Source: Spirochaetales bacterium
GTDB taxonomy: Bacteria > Spirochaetota > Spirochaetia > JABEVK01
NCBI GenBank assembly: GCA_037142615.1
Contig: JBAXAI010000001.1
Location: 64,001 to 128,000 of the forward strand
Reading direction: 5' to 3'
Length of the DNA stretch: 64,000 nucleotides
Position numbers and translations under genes: made by a program. The notes under the pieces were generated by a model. That model was not told the DNA's origin. It ran no database searches and was given only the letters and a program-made list of their open reading frames with translations. Positions 1 through 8,752 of the stretch are shown here, in pieces; the first letter of the stretch is position 1, and each line of letters opens with the position of its first letter.

Positions 1-69
1 ATCGTTCATCGACTGGAAGGTTTCCAGTTCGTGGCCGCAATCCTGGCAGGCATAGTCGTACGTCGGCAT
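1..69 (-). CDS. FmdB-family zinc-ribbon protein (5' part only; runs off window start)
   Basis: Not in the ORF track. The minus strand from ATG at 69 reads MPTYDYACQDCGHELETFQSMND, the MPxYxYxCxxCG N-terminus of FmdB-family proteins. GAGGA SD lies upstream. Confidence 0.85.
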   Translation of the reverse strand, partial: MPTYDYACQDCGHELETFQSMND

Positions 70-186
70 GGTGTTCCTCGTGACAGAAAAATAGCATTCG
101 GCGCCCATCTGAGCAAGGCCCTCATCAGCCCAGACCGGAAGGCCTTCAAATCTGATATAATTGGTCAACAAATCTCGTTTCCAACC

Positions 187-215
187 TTGACAGGTCTGTT
201 GTTCCGACTTAACTT
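187..215 (+). promoter_or_regulatory. sigma70-type promoter, probably leaderless, for the DtxR-family gene
   Basis: TTGACA(187-192)-17 bp-TAACTT(210-215), then 6 nt to ATG 222; no SD. Confidence 0.65.
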
Positions 216-221
216 TCCTGC

Positions 222-905
222 ATGAGTACCGACACATCGATCCTGAAAGCCTTTCCAGCTGCTGCTGAGTACCTGTCCAGCATCCACCTGATTTGCCGGG
301 ATTACGGCTATGCCGCCAATCATCGCCTCGCCGACTGGATGGGAGTTTCCACATCGGCGGTTACCCAGGCTCTTGGCCGTCTCAAAAAGCAGGGTTTGGT
401 CGAGCAGGAGCGCTATGAGCACGTTTTGCTGACCGACGCCGGCAGGGAGTTGGCCGTCAAGGTCCTTAAGCGACACTTTCTCTTGGAGCACCTGCTGGTG
501 AAAACTTTGGATTTTCCCTGGGACAAGTCGGACGACGAGGCTAAGGTCCTGCAAAACCAGATTAGCGATGATCTTGCTGATCACCTCGACTCCAAACTTG
601 GCTTTCCTCAGACTTGCCCCCACGGCAATCCGATGCCTGGTGCCGCCATCGAAGCGAAACTGCTCGGTGCCAACCGTCTCAACAAGGCCGTCGCCGGTGA
701 GTCTATGCACATTCTGCGCATCACCGAGGAAGGCGAGGGCATTCGGGAGATGTTGCCCTACTGCCAGAATCACGGCGTCAAGCCGGGCGCTCGGTTTGTG
801 GTCAAACACGTGGACCACGAAGCCGTTCAGATGACCAAGGCCGATGGCAGTGACGTTGTTGTGCCCTTGCACTTGGCAGCGCACATCGGCTACGAGTTGG
901 TTTGA
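222..905 (+). CDS. DtxR/MntR/TroR-family transcriptional regulator with C-terminal FeoA/SH3-like domain
   Basis: wHTH (LADWMGVSTSAVTQALGRLKKQGLV), RHFLLE, LGFPQTCPHGNPMP linker, FeoA-like GVKPGARF. Confidence 0.9.
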   Translation: MSTDTSILKAFPAAAEYLSSIHLICRDYGYAANHRLADWMGVSTSAVTQALGRLKKQGLVEQERYEHVLLTDAGRELAVKVLKRHFLLEHLLVKTLDFPWDKSDDEAKVLQNQISDDLADHLDSKLGFPQTCPHGNPMPGAAIEAKLLGANRLNKAVAGESMHILRITEEGEGIREMLPYCQNHGVKPGARFVVKHVDHEAVQMTKADGSDVVVPLHLAAHIGYELV

Positions 906-1591
906 TCGTCGGCCGGGGGCTTTCTAAGCGGGTGTCCGGCCCAATACATCACCACTCTCACAACGAGTGTGATCACCAAAACGGCAATCGTGAGAACGAG
1001 GCTGAGGCGTAGTTGCCCCAGAAGATCTCCTACCCCCTTGGTGCTGTTGGCCTCGCGGTTCGAGATGAGCCGTTCGAGGTTGGTCCTCAGTTCTGCCGCA
1101 CCCGCTTTCAGTTCGCGCAGACCGTCGCGGCTCAGGACCGTTGGTTCGCCCCCCTTCGGGGTCTGCGGGTGAACTCGCTTCTTCAAGGCAACAAAATCCT
1201 TCAGGTGGTCCTGAGTCGCCACAAGCGCGGCCTTGGCTTTCGGAGTGTAGAAGCGCGGTGCCCCGGCCCGAACGGCCGCCTGCAGTTGCCCTAACGCCGC
1301 TTCGATCGAAAGGTCTGCCTTAGCCCGCTCCTCGGGAGTCTGTCCCAGAACGAGAGCCTGTGCGGCGTTTTCCACGCCCAGTAGCGCAATCAGGGCCGTC
1401 TGCACGCTGTCCCCGCCACGGACATCGTTTTCGTAGACGTCCTGGATCCGGGTCTCGACGGCGGTGAGGAACTGGATGGAAAACGCTGTGCCGACCACCG
1501 TAATGACCAGAACTACGGCAAAGGTCCAGGTGTAGTCGGTAAAAAAGTGGATCGCGGCCTTGCCGAGCCGGTCGAGGACCGGTTTACGCAT
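890..1591 (-). CDS. Membrane protein with a four-helix-bundle (4HB_MCP-like) periplasmic sensor and no cytoplasmic output domain
   Basis: ATG at 1591 overlaps the hisF stop. Architecture is TM1 - IQDVYEND helical domain - TM2 - short tail. Confidence 0.6.
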   Translation of the reverse strand: MRKPVLDRLGKAAIHFFTDYTWTFAVVLVITVVGTAFSIQFLTAVETRIQDVYENDVRGGDSVQTALIALLGVENAAQALVLGQTPEERAKADLSIEAALGQLQAAVRAGAPRFYTPKAKAALVATQDHLKDFVALKKRVHPQTPKGGEPTVLSRDGLRELKAGAAELRTNLERLISNREANSTKGVGDLLGQLRLSLVLTIAVLVITLVVRVVMYWAGHPLRKPPADDQTNS

Positions 1592-2363
1592 CGAGGTAGT
1601 CACGTCGAACCGTGACCCCGGCTTCGGACAGTGACGCCTTGATGCCAGCCACGGTGTAGGTGCCGTAGTGCACCATGCTGGCGACAAGGGCGGCGTCGGC
1701 TTTGCCTTCCTGAAGCACCGCGCGCAGGTGTTCGGGCGTTCCGGCTCCGCCCGAGGCGACAACTGGAATCGGAAGCGCCTGGGAGATCAGCCGGGTCAAG
1801 ACCAGATCATAGCCAGCCTTGGTACCGTCAGCGTCGATGGAATTGAGCACAATTTCACCCGCTCCCAGGCCCTGACCTTGGCGGGCCCACTCCAGGGCAT
1901 CGAGGTTGGTGGGTGTTCGGCCCCCATTGATTACAACCCGATACCCCGAGGGCATCGCCGGGTCGGCCAGCGCGTCGATGGCCAGGACGATGCTCTGACT
2001 CCCATAGAGGCGGGCACCTTGGCGGATCAACTCGGGGTTGAGCACCGCTTGGCTGTTGAGGCTGACCTTTTCGGCCCCCGCCAAGATGACTTGGCGGATG
2101 TCTTCGGCGGTCTTGATGCCGCCGCCGACACAGAACGGGATGAAAATCTTTTGCGCGACCCGGCGTACCACGTCGATCAGGATGCTGCGGTTCTCGGCGC
2201 TCGCGGTGATATCGTAGAACACCAGCTCGTCCACACCCTGCCGATAGTAAAGCTCGGCCATTTCGACCGGATCACCGAGTTCCTTGGTGTCGACAAACTT
2301 GACGCTCTTTACCGTCTTTCCGTCCCGCACATCGAGGCAGACGATCACGCGCTTTTGCAGCAC
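1584..2363 (-). CDS. hisF: Imidazole glycerol phosphate synthase cyclase subunit
   Basis: [45 protein letters not shown]. Confidence 0.95.
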   Translation of the reverse strand: MLQKRVIVCLDVRDGKTVKSVKFVDTKELGDPVEMAELYYRQGVDELVFYDITASAENRSILIDVVRRVAQKIFIPFCVGGGIKTAEDIRQVILAGAEKVSLNSQAVLNPELIRQGARLYGSQSIVLAIDALADPAMPSGYRVVINGGRTPTNLDALEWARQGQGLGAGEIVLNSIDADGTKAGYDLVLTRLISQALPIPVVASGGAGTPEHLRAVLQEGKADAALVASMVHYGTYTVAGIKASLSEAGVTVRRDYLDA

Positions 2364-2364
2364 T

Positions 2365-2979
2365 TCACGGCCTCCACTTGAGGAAGTTCTCTACCAACTT
2401 CAGCCCGACGGGCCCGGATTTTTCGGGGTGGAATTGCCAGGTGGCGAGACTCCCGTGGACAAAACCTACCGTGAACGAGATGCCGTGGTCGGTCGTGCCG
2501 AGAACGCTCACTCCAGGCGCCGGCGCCGTGTAGAAGGAATGGACGAAGTAGAAACTAGACCTGTTGGGAATGCCCCGAACCAGAGGGTGCGCCGGATCCG
2601 TCAGCGACACTTCGTTCCACCCCATGTGTGGCACCTTGAGACCACCGCCGCCTGGGAGTCGATGGCAACTGCCGGGAACCAGCCCCAGGCAAGCGCACGG
2701 GCCCTCATCGCTACGCTCGAGTACAATCTGACTGCCCACACAGATGCCCAGAATGGGGCGGCCTTGTTGAAGAAAGTCCGCCAGCAACTGGTCCAGACCC
2801 TGTGAACGGAGGTTCTCCATGCAGGTTTGAGCGTGGCCGTCGCCGGGGACCAAGAGGCGGTCGGCCCGGGCCAGTGCGGCCGGATCCGAAGAAACGAGCC
2901 ACTTTTCACCCAAGTGGTCGAGCGCATTCTGCACGCTGGTCAGGTTACCCGCATCGTAGTCCAGGATCCCGGTGATCAT
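2365..2979 (-). CDS. hisH: Imidazole glycerol phosphate synthase glutamine amidotransferase subunit
   Basis: ILDYDAGNLTSV, GICVG (catalytic Cys), VPHMGWN, YFVHS, QFHPEKS. ATG 2979 overlaps the upstream stop. Confidence 0.95.
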   Translation of the reverse strand: MITGILDYDAGNLTSVQNALDHLGEKWLVSSDPAALARADRLLVPGDGHAQTCMENLRSQGLDQLLADFLQQGRPILGICVGSQIVLERSDEGPCACLGLVPGSCHRLPGGGGLKVPHMGWNEVSLTDPAHPLVRGIPNRSSFYFVHSFYTAPAPGVSVLGTTDHGISFTVGFVHGSLATWQFHPEKSGPVGLKLVENFLKWRP

Positions 2980-3782
2980 GGCGCCCCCGGGGACGGGCCC
3001 AGCAGATTCCGTGCCCACGAGACAGCCTCGGCTTGGGGAACCACGAAAGGCTGGCCCACGAGCGTTGCGGCCTCGGCGCTCCAACTGAGATTCTGCCCAA
3101 GTTTGTCATCGAGCAGCGAGCCGGTCAGTGCCAGCAGCACGAGTCCGACCGCCGCCGCGCGGGAATCAGGCAGGTTGAGCAGGAGCTTGCCCGAGAGATC
3201 CGCTCCCTTGGCCTGAAGGTCGAGGTCCAGCGAATCGACGGAAAATAGCCTTCCGGCCAGCGCACCCAGCAGCAGGGGAGCCGGCTGTTTCAGGGTAAGC
3301 CGCACATCGGCTTTCGCCCACAAAGCATCCTCGACGGGCGAAAGCGGCGGCACGAGTCGGGTGCTGAGGGTATCGGCCGCGGTGTGCTCCACGAGCACCA
3401 GGCCGTCACGCGGTTGAATTACCCGCCATCCGGTTGGGGGCGGGTTCCAAAAAAGTGCCCACGCCACGGCCAAGCGGGGCAGGTCGCCTTCGAGAGCGAG
3501 TCGGGCCCCATCCAGCGACAAGCGGACTGTCGAAGCCTCGTCACCGGTCAAAGGAAGACTGACCCAAAGTTTCTCGGTACGCCGCGCGGCTTCCGCAAGC
3601 CCCGGCACGGACGCAGCTTGCGCCCTGAGCACGGGCAGTCGATCGACCTCGAGCTTGGCAACAAGAGCTTGCTGCGCCGAAACCCAGGCACCGGCGGACA
3701 CCTCAGCGCCCGGCTCCGGAAGACCCGCGCAGGAGGCGAGGATCGCGAAGACCAGCAGGCTGCAGGCAACTTTGGTGCGCAT
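2976..3782 (-). CDS. Putative lipoprotein, possibly TP0453-like
   Basis: Signal peptide with lipobox ILASC; directly downstream of ileS. Confidence 0.6.
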   Translation of the reverse strand: MRTKVACSLLVFAILASCAGLPEPGAEVSAGAWVSAQQALVAKLEVDRLPVLRAQAASVPGLAEAARRTEKLWVSLPLTGDEASTVRLSLDGARLALEGDLPRLAVAWALFWNPPPTGWRVIQPRDGLVLVEHTAADTLSTRLVPPLSPVEDALWAKADVRLTLKQPAPLLLGALAGRLFSVDSLDLDLQAKGADLSGKLLLNLPDSRAAAVGLVLLALTGSLLDDKLGQNLSWSAEAATLVGQPFVVPQAEAVSWARNLLGPSPGAP

Positions 3783-3786
3783 GAAC

Positions 3787-6700
3787 CTAGAGTTTTTCAA
3801 TGCGGAAACAGAAGAACTCGTCACCGGATTCGGCCTCCTGCAAGCCTGGCTCAACGACCCCGTCCGCAGGTTGAACCAGGTTTTTCCATTCGGCCTTCGC
3901 TGCCAACGTTTCCTGGGCCAGCACCGAGCCGAACGCGTCGAGGGACTCGCGGATGACCTCGGTGCCGCCGAAGGTCAGCCGGATGCGGTCGCTCACGGCC
4001 AAGCCCGACTCCTTGCGGGCATTCTGCACGGCACGCACCATGTCGCGCATGTGGCCTTCCAGTTTGAGCTCGCGGGTCACCTCACCGTCGAGCGCCAGCG
4101 TGAGGCTGCCTTCGTTGATGACTTTGAGTGTGGCCCTTTCTTTGCGTACCACCACGACCGACTCTTGATCCAGCGTCACGGCGATGCCCTCGACCTCGAG
4201 ATGCAAGCTGTTGCCTTCGAGCAGCGACACGATTTCAGCCGGCCCCAGGGCTTCGATCCGACTGGCCGCAGCCTTCATCGAGCCACCCAGCACTTTGCCC
4301 AGCACCTTGAAGTTGGCCTTGGCGCTGTACTCGACCAGCGACTCCTCATTGTCCTGAAACAGGACTTCCTTCACGTTAAGCTCCTCGCGGATGAGATCTT
4401 CCATCTCGCGGAGAACTCCCTTTTCCTCGGCGTTGCGGGTGACCAGATAGACCGTTTTCAGCGGTTGGCGGTTCTTGAGGTTGTGGGTGTTGCGCAGCGA
4501 ACGCCCCAGCACCACAGCCCGGCGGGCCGATTCCATCTTGGCCTCGAGGTCCGGCCGGCGACGGCTGGAATCCAGCGCCGGCCAGTCAGCCAGGTGCACC
4601 GATTCAGGATCGCTGTACGAGCGGAGGTTTTGCCAGATCTCTTCGGTGATGAACGGCACAAAAGGCGCCGCCAGCACGACAAAACGTTTGAGCACCTGAT
4701 ACAGCACGTCGTAGGCCTCGAGCTTATCGTTGTCGTTTTCACCTTTCCAGAAGCGGCGGCGGGAGCGCCGGATGTACCAGTTGTTGAGCAGGTCGAGGAA
4801 GCGGGTCAGCTCGCCTATGGCGCGAGTGATTTCGTAGGCATCGAGCTGGGTGGTGACGCCTTCGGTCATGCGCTCAGCCTCGGACAGAATCCAGCCATCG
4901 AGCGGATTGGAAGGTCGGCTGACCACGCCGACGGGGGTTGCCTTGTCGAGGTTGGCATAGGTAACAAAGAAGCTGTAGCTGTTCCACAGCGGCAGCAGCA
5001 CTTCGCGCAGGATGGCCTGGACTCCTTCGTCGCTGTAGCGCAGGTCGTCTGCCTTCGTCACCGGGCTCGACATCAAGAACAGGCGCAGCGCATCAGCTCC
5101 GTGAACTTTCATCACCTCGTAGGGGTCGGTGAAGTTGCGCTGGCTTTTGGACATCTTTTTGCCATCGGTGGCCAGCACCAGGCCCGAAACCACGCAGTTT
5201 TGGAAGGTGGCGCGGTCCATCAGCGCGGTGCCGAGGATGTGGAGCGTGTAGAACCAGCCGCGGGTCTGGTCGAGACCCTCGTTGATGAAGTCAGCAGGGA
5301 AGTGAGACTCGAACTTGGCCTTGTTTTCGAACGGGTAGTGCACCTGGCCGTACGGCATGGCCCCCGATTCGAACCAGCAGTCGAGCACCTCGGGAATCCG
5401 CCGCATGGTGCCCTTGCCGCAGGTGCACTGCCAGACGATCTGGTCGACAAAGTGTTTGTGCAGGTCGTCGGGACGGGTGCCGCTGAGCGCTTTCAGCTCG
5501 TCGCGGCTGCCCACGCAGATTTCTTCGGTGCAGCCCTCGTGGTCGCAACGCCAAATCGGCAAAGGGTTGCCCCAGAAGCGGTTACGGCTGATGGCCCAGT
5601 CGCGGGCGTTTTCGAGCCATTTGCCGAAGCGGCCCTGCTGGATGTGTTCGGGAACCCAATTGATGGTGTTGTTGTTGGCCAGCATCTTTGGTTTGATCTT
5701 CTCGACGCTGACGAACCAGCTCGAGATCGCGCGGTAGATGAGGGGGCTGGAACAGCGCCAGCAGTGGGGGTAAGCGTGCAGAATCTGATCGCGCTTGACC
5801 AGTTTGCCCTCCGTCTTAAGGCGGTCGAGGATGTCCTTGTCGCAGTCCTTGACGAAGCGGCCCTCGAAGTCGGGCACTTCGGCGGTGAAGCGGCACTCGG
5901 CGTCGATGGGGCTGACGACGGTGATGCCAGAGTTCTTGAGGATGCGGTAGTCGTCCTCGCCGAAGCCGGGAGCGGTGTGCACGATGCCGGTACCGTCGGT
6001 GTCGGTGACGTGGTCGCCGACAAAGGTGACGAAGGCCCCGTTGGTCGCCTCGCTGGCAAAGTAGGGGAACAACGGCTGGTAGGCGACGCCACCGAGTTCG
6101 CTGCCGGGCTTGGTCCACAGGATTTTGACCGCCTCGACATCTTTGTAGTAGGCGCCGAGCCGGCCCTTGGCCAGAATGTAGGCTTCCGCTCCGTCCTGAA
6201 TCTTGACGTATTCCACTTTGGGGCCAAGAGATAAGGCCAGATTGCTGGGCAACGTCCAGGGCGTGGTGGTCCACGCGAGGAAGCTGGTGCCGGGCTCGTC
6301 ACGCAGCGCGAACTTCACCGTAACGGCCGGGTCATGAACGTCTTTGTACCCGCCCAGGTTGAGCTCGTGGTTCGACAACACGGTGGAACAGCGGGGACAG
6401 TAGGGCAGGATGTAGTGACCTTCGTAGAGCAGATCCTTGGTCCAAAGCTCTTTCATGACCCACCAGATGGACTCCATGTAGTCGGGGTCCATGGTCTTGT
6501 AGTCGTTGTCGAAGTCGACCCAGCGGCCTGCACGGGTCATGATGGTGCGCCACTCTTCGGTGTACTTGAGCACAGCGGTGCGGCAGGCTTCGTTGAAGTT
6601 GGCCACCCCGTAGGCCTCGATCTCGTGCTTGCTGTTGAGGCCCAGTTGCTTTTCGACGATGTTCTCGACCGGCAGACCGTGACAGTCCCAGCCGAAACGC

Positions 6701-6942
6701 CGCTCGACCAGTTTGCCCTTCATCGTTTGGTAACGTGGAATGATGTCTTTGATGGTGCCGGGAACGAAGTGGCCGAAGTGAGGCAATCCGGTGGCGAAAG
6801 GCGGACCATCGTAGAACACGAACTCTTCGCGGCCCCGGCGCTGCTCCAGCGTTTTGGCAAAAATACGCTCTTGGTCCCAGAACTTGAGCACAGAATCTTC
6901 CATCGAAGGGAAGTGGACTTTGGGATCAACCGACTTGTACAT
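3787..6942 (-). CDS. ileS: Isoleucine--tRNA ligase, type 2 (eukaryote/spirochaete-like)
   Basis: DGPPFATGLPHFGH, GWDCHGLP, WTTTPWTLP, KMSKS, NWYIRRSRRRF and a long type-2 C-terminus. Confidence 0.97.
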   Translation of the reverse strand: MYKSVDPKVHFPSMEDSVLKFWDQERIFAKTLEQRRGREEFVFYDGPPFATGLPHFGHFVPGTIKDIIPRYQTMKGKLVERRFGWDCHGLPVENIVEKQLGLNSKHEIEAYGVANFNEACRTAVLKYTEEWRTIMTRAGRWVDFDNDYKTMDPDYMESIWWVMKELWTKDLLYEGHYILPYCPRCSTVLSNHELNLGGYKDVHDPAVTVKFALRDEPGTSFLAWTTTPWTLPSNLALSLGPKVEYVKIQDGAEAYILAKGRLGAYYKDVEAVKILWTKPGSELGGVAYQPLFPYFASEATNGAFVTFVGDHVTDTDGTGIVHTAPGFGEDDYRILKNSGITVVSPIDAECRFTAEVPDFEGRFVKDCDKDILDRLKTEGKLVKRDQILHAYPHCWRCSSPLIYRAISSWFVSVEKIKPKMLANNNTINWVPEHIQQGRFGKWLENARDWAISRNRFWGNPLPIWRCDHEGCTEEICVGSRDELKALSGTRPDDLHKHFVDQIVWQCTCGKGTMRRIPEVLDCWFESGAMPYGQVHYPFENKAKFESHFPADFINEGLDQTRGWFYTLHILGTALMDRATFQNCVVSGLVLATDGKKMSKSQRNFTDPYEVMKVHGADALRLFLMSSPVTKADDLRYSDEGVQAILREVLLPLWNSYSFFVTYANLDKATPVGVVSRPSNPLDGWILSEAERMTEGVTTQLDAYEITRAIGELTRFLDLLNNWYIRRSRRRFWKGENDNDKLEAYDVLYQVLKRFVVLAAPFVPFITEEIWQNLRSYSDPESVHLADWPALDSSRRRPDLEAKMESARRAVVLGRSLRNTHNLKNRQPLKTVYLVTRNAEEKGVLREMEDLIREELNVKEVLFQDNEESLVEYSAKANFKVLGKVLGGSMKAAASRIEALGPAEIVSLLEGNSLHLEVEGIAVTLDQESVVVVRKERATLKVINEGSLTLALDGEVTRELKLEGHMRDMVRAVQNARKESGLAVSDRIRLTFGGTEVIRESLDAFGSVLAQETLAAKAEWKNLVQPADGVVEPGLQEAESGDEFFCFRIEKL

Positions 6943-6976
6943 GGTGCATCATTGAACTAGAGAACTCGGGCTCAGG

Positions 6977-8287
6977 TCAAGACGCGCCTTCTGTCGCGAT
7001 TTGGTTTCGACCACCCTTTTGGGCTTCGGCCAGCAGGGTCGACACTCGCCGCAACAGGCTGTCGACGGACTCGCCAGGCCTGGCCAGCGCCAAGCCTCCC
7101 GACACGGTGACTCCGCTCGGCCCGAGCGCCTTTTGCACGGCTTTCACCAACTTCTGCGCTTGTGCCCCGTCGACCGACGGCATGATCAGCAAAAAGGCCT
7201 CAATGCCGAAACGTCCCACCGTGCCGGACTCGCCCAGCGTGGCCGACGCGATGCCACAGAACTCCTGCAGCAGCCTGTCGGCCTCGACATGCCCTTGCAA
7301 GTCGTTGACCGGTTTGTAGTTGTCAACACTGCACAGCACCGCGGCCACGGCGTTTCCGTTCTTGACCGAGAACTCCAGCGCCTTGCCGAGCAGCTCGAGA
7401 CTGTACACCCGGTTGGGCACCTGGGTCAGAAAATCGGTGCGGGACAGGCGCAGAATCTCGTCGTTTTTGCGCTCCAGGTCGCGGTTGAGCTCGGCAAGTT
7501 CGGCCGAAAAGTCGATGAAGGCCTGCGTGTTGGCGATCTCTTCGGTCAGTTCAAACAGCGTCCACACCAGCGTGAGGTCCGAAGGGTCGTCGCGGCTGAG
7601 GGGGGCAACGTTCAGGAAACAACGGGTTTCGCGGCCCTTGATTTCGTCGAGCACGAGGACTTCGCCCCTCAGTGGGATAAGGACTTCGAGCCCGGAATCT
7701 TCGAGCGGGAGGTTGCCGATGTGCGAGAACAACGGAAGGACTTTCGTCAGCAGTTTGCCCGTGAGATCAACGCCAAACAAGGCATTGGCAAAGGTATTGG
7801 CAAAGCTGATGGTTTTGTCGGCACCGCTGAGGAAGACGCCCTGGTCCATGCCGTCGACGATGTGCCGAAACACCTCGATCTGGCGGGTATACTGCTTGAT
7901 GCGGGTTTGGGCGGTCGTCAGGTCGGCCATGTAGTCGATCATCTCCTGCCTGTCGTCCTGTTCGGTGCTTTGGTCGGAAAGGAGCCAAACCAGACGGTTG
8001 GGGCCGGCCGAGTTCACTTTGACTTTCACCCGGAACTCGTTGAGGTTGAGGCCGCGGACGATGTCTTCAAACACCTGCACGCCGGGGCTGGCAACGCCGA
8101 CCGGCAGCTGGTCGAGCGACCGGAAGGGAAACAATTCCGCCACCGAATCGACAGCCTTTTCCGAGGCGAGGCCCAACGCGACACGGGCACGCTCATTGCT
8201 TTGCACGATACGGCCTCTCAGGTCAGTGATCAAAACATTGTCGGGAAGCATTTCCAGCTGCTCAGGGGAAAAGACGTCGGTTGCCAT
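6977..8287 (-). CDS. PAS-PAS-GGDEF-like protein, degenerate active site
   Basis: Two PAS-like segments, a coiled coil and DFLTQVPNR. The GGDEF motif reads RFGIEAF. Confidence 0.8.
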   Translation of the reverse strand: MATDVFSPEQLEMLPDNVLITDLRGRIVQSNERARVALGLASEKAVDSVAELFPFRSLDQLPVGVASPGVQVFEDIVRGLNLNEFRVKVKVNSAGPNRLVWLLSDQSTEQDDRQEMIDYMADLTTAQTRIKQYTRQIEVFRHIVDGMDQGVFLSGADKTISFANTFANALFGVDLTGKLLTKVLPLFSHIGNLPLEDSGLEVLIPLRGEVLVLDEIKGRETRCFLNVAPLSRDDPSDLTLVWTLFELTEEIANTQAFIDFSAELAELNRDLERKNDEILRLSRTDFLTQVPNRVYSLELLGKALEFSVKNGNAVAAVLCSVDNYKPVNDLQGHVEADRLLQEFCGIASATLGESGTVGRFGIEAFLLIMPSVDGAQAQKLVKAVQKALGPSGVTVSGGLALARPGESVDSLLRRVSTLLAEAQKGGRNQIATEGAS

Positions 8288-8293
8288 GCGTTA

Positions 8294-8322
8294 AGCGTAA
8301 GTCCGGGTGCCCGAATAAGCAA
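8294..8322 (-). promoter_or_regulatory. sigma70-type leaderless promoter for the GGDEF-like gene
   Basis: TTGCTT-17 bp-TACGCT, 6 nt to ATG 8287; no SD. Confidence 0.6.
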
Positions 8323-8377
8323 GGATTGACAAGACCTCAGCCGGGTGCGAAGTTGAGCCTACGAGGAAGGTGCGAGC

Positions 8378-8752
8378 ATGACCGACGAACAGAAGGAAGA
8401 CCTGCAGTTCTGGTTCTACACGCGGGTCTTTGCCGACGGAAAACAGCCTTCCTACGCGCTCACCACTAGTGCCGCCGAGGTAGGAGTCACTGTCGAGGTG
8501 GCGTGGGCGTACCTGCAAGAAGATGGCCGCTTGGTCGGCTCGGTTCAGGCTCCCGTCTTGGTGTGGCCTGACGTGGATTCCGCTGATCCCAAGGGCATCT
8601 ACGTCGACATCGAATGGATGTTTCAGATTCTGCACCGCGCCGGGCTGCGCGCCGAAAAGCTCTGGAAGGCGCTGGCAGCGATTTACAAGTTGACTTTGGC
8701 GTCGGCCCGCGCCGAGGCGGAGTTGATTCCTGTGGTTGAGGGCGAGGATTGA
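8378..8752 (+). CDS. Hypothetical protein
   Basis: GAGGAAGG SD-like sequence, coding-like composition; stop overlaps the TTG of the next gene. Confidence 0.7.
   Translation: MTDEQKEDLQFWFYTRVFADGKQPSYALTTSAAEVGVTVEVAWAYLQEDGRLVGSVQAPVLVWPDVDSADPKGIYVDIEWMFQILHRAGLRAEKLWKALAAIYKLTLASARAEAELIPVVEGED

Noticed and set aside
1584-2979. Isolated hisH-hisF pair as a possible LPS-modification (WbuY/WbuZ-type) paralogue
   Set aside because: The sequences look canonical and there are no sugar-nucleotide or N-acetyl sugar amidotransferase genes nearby.
3655-6234. 859-aa plus-strand ORF opposite ileS, and similar long antisense ORFs (7001-8329, 26225-27865, 46492-48087, 58895-60964, 62581-63909)
   Set aside because: These are shadow ORFs caused by high-GC codon bias opposite well-supported genes; they have no motifs or start signals.
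3787-6942. Type-2 IleRS as an acquired mupirocin-resistance gene
   Set aside because: Type 2 is the normal form in spirochaetes, it has a canonical HxGH motif, and there is no mobile context.
6943-6976. T-box or riboswitch upstream of ileS, hisS or argS
   Set aside because: The ileS and hisS intergenic regions are too short, and no T-box consensus was seen at any of the three.
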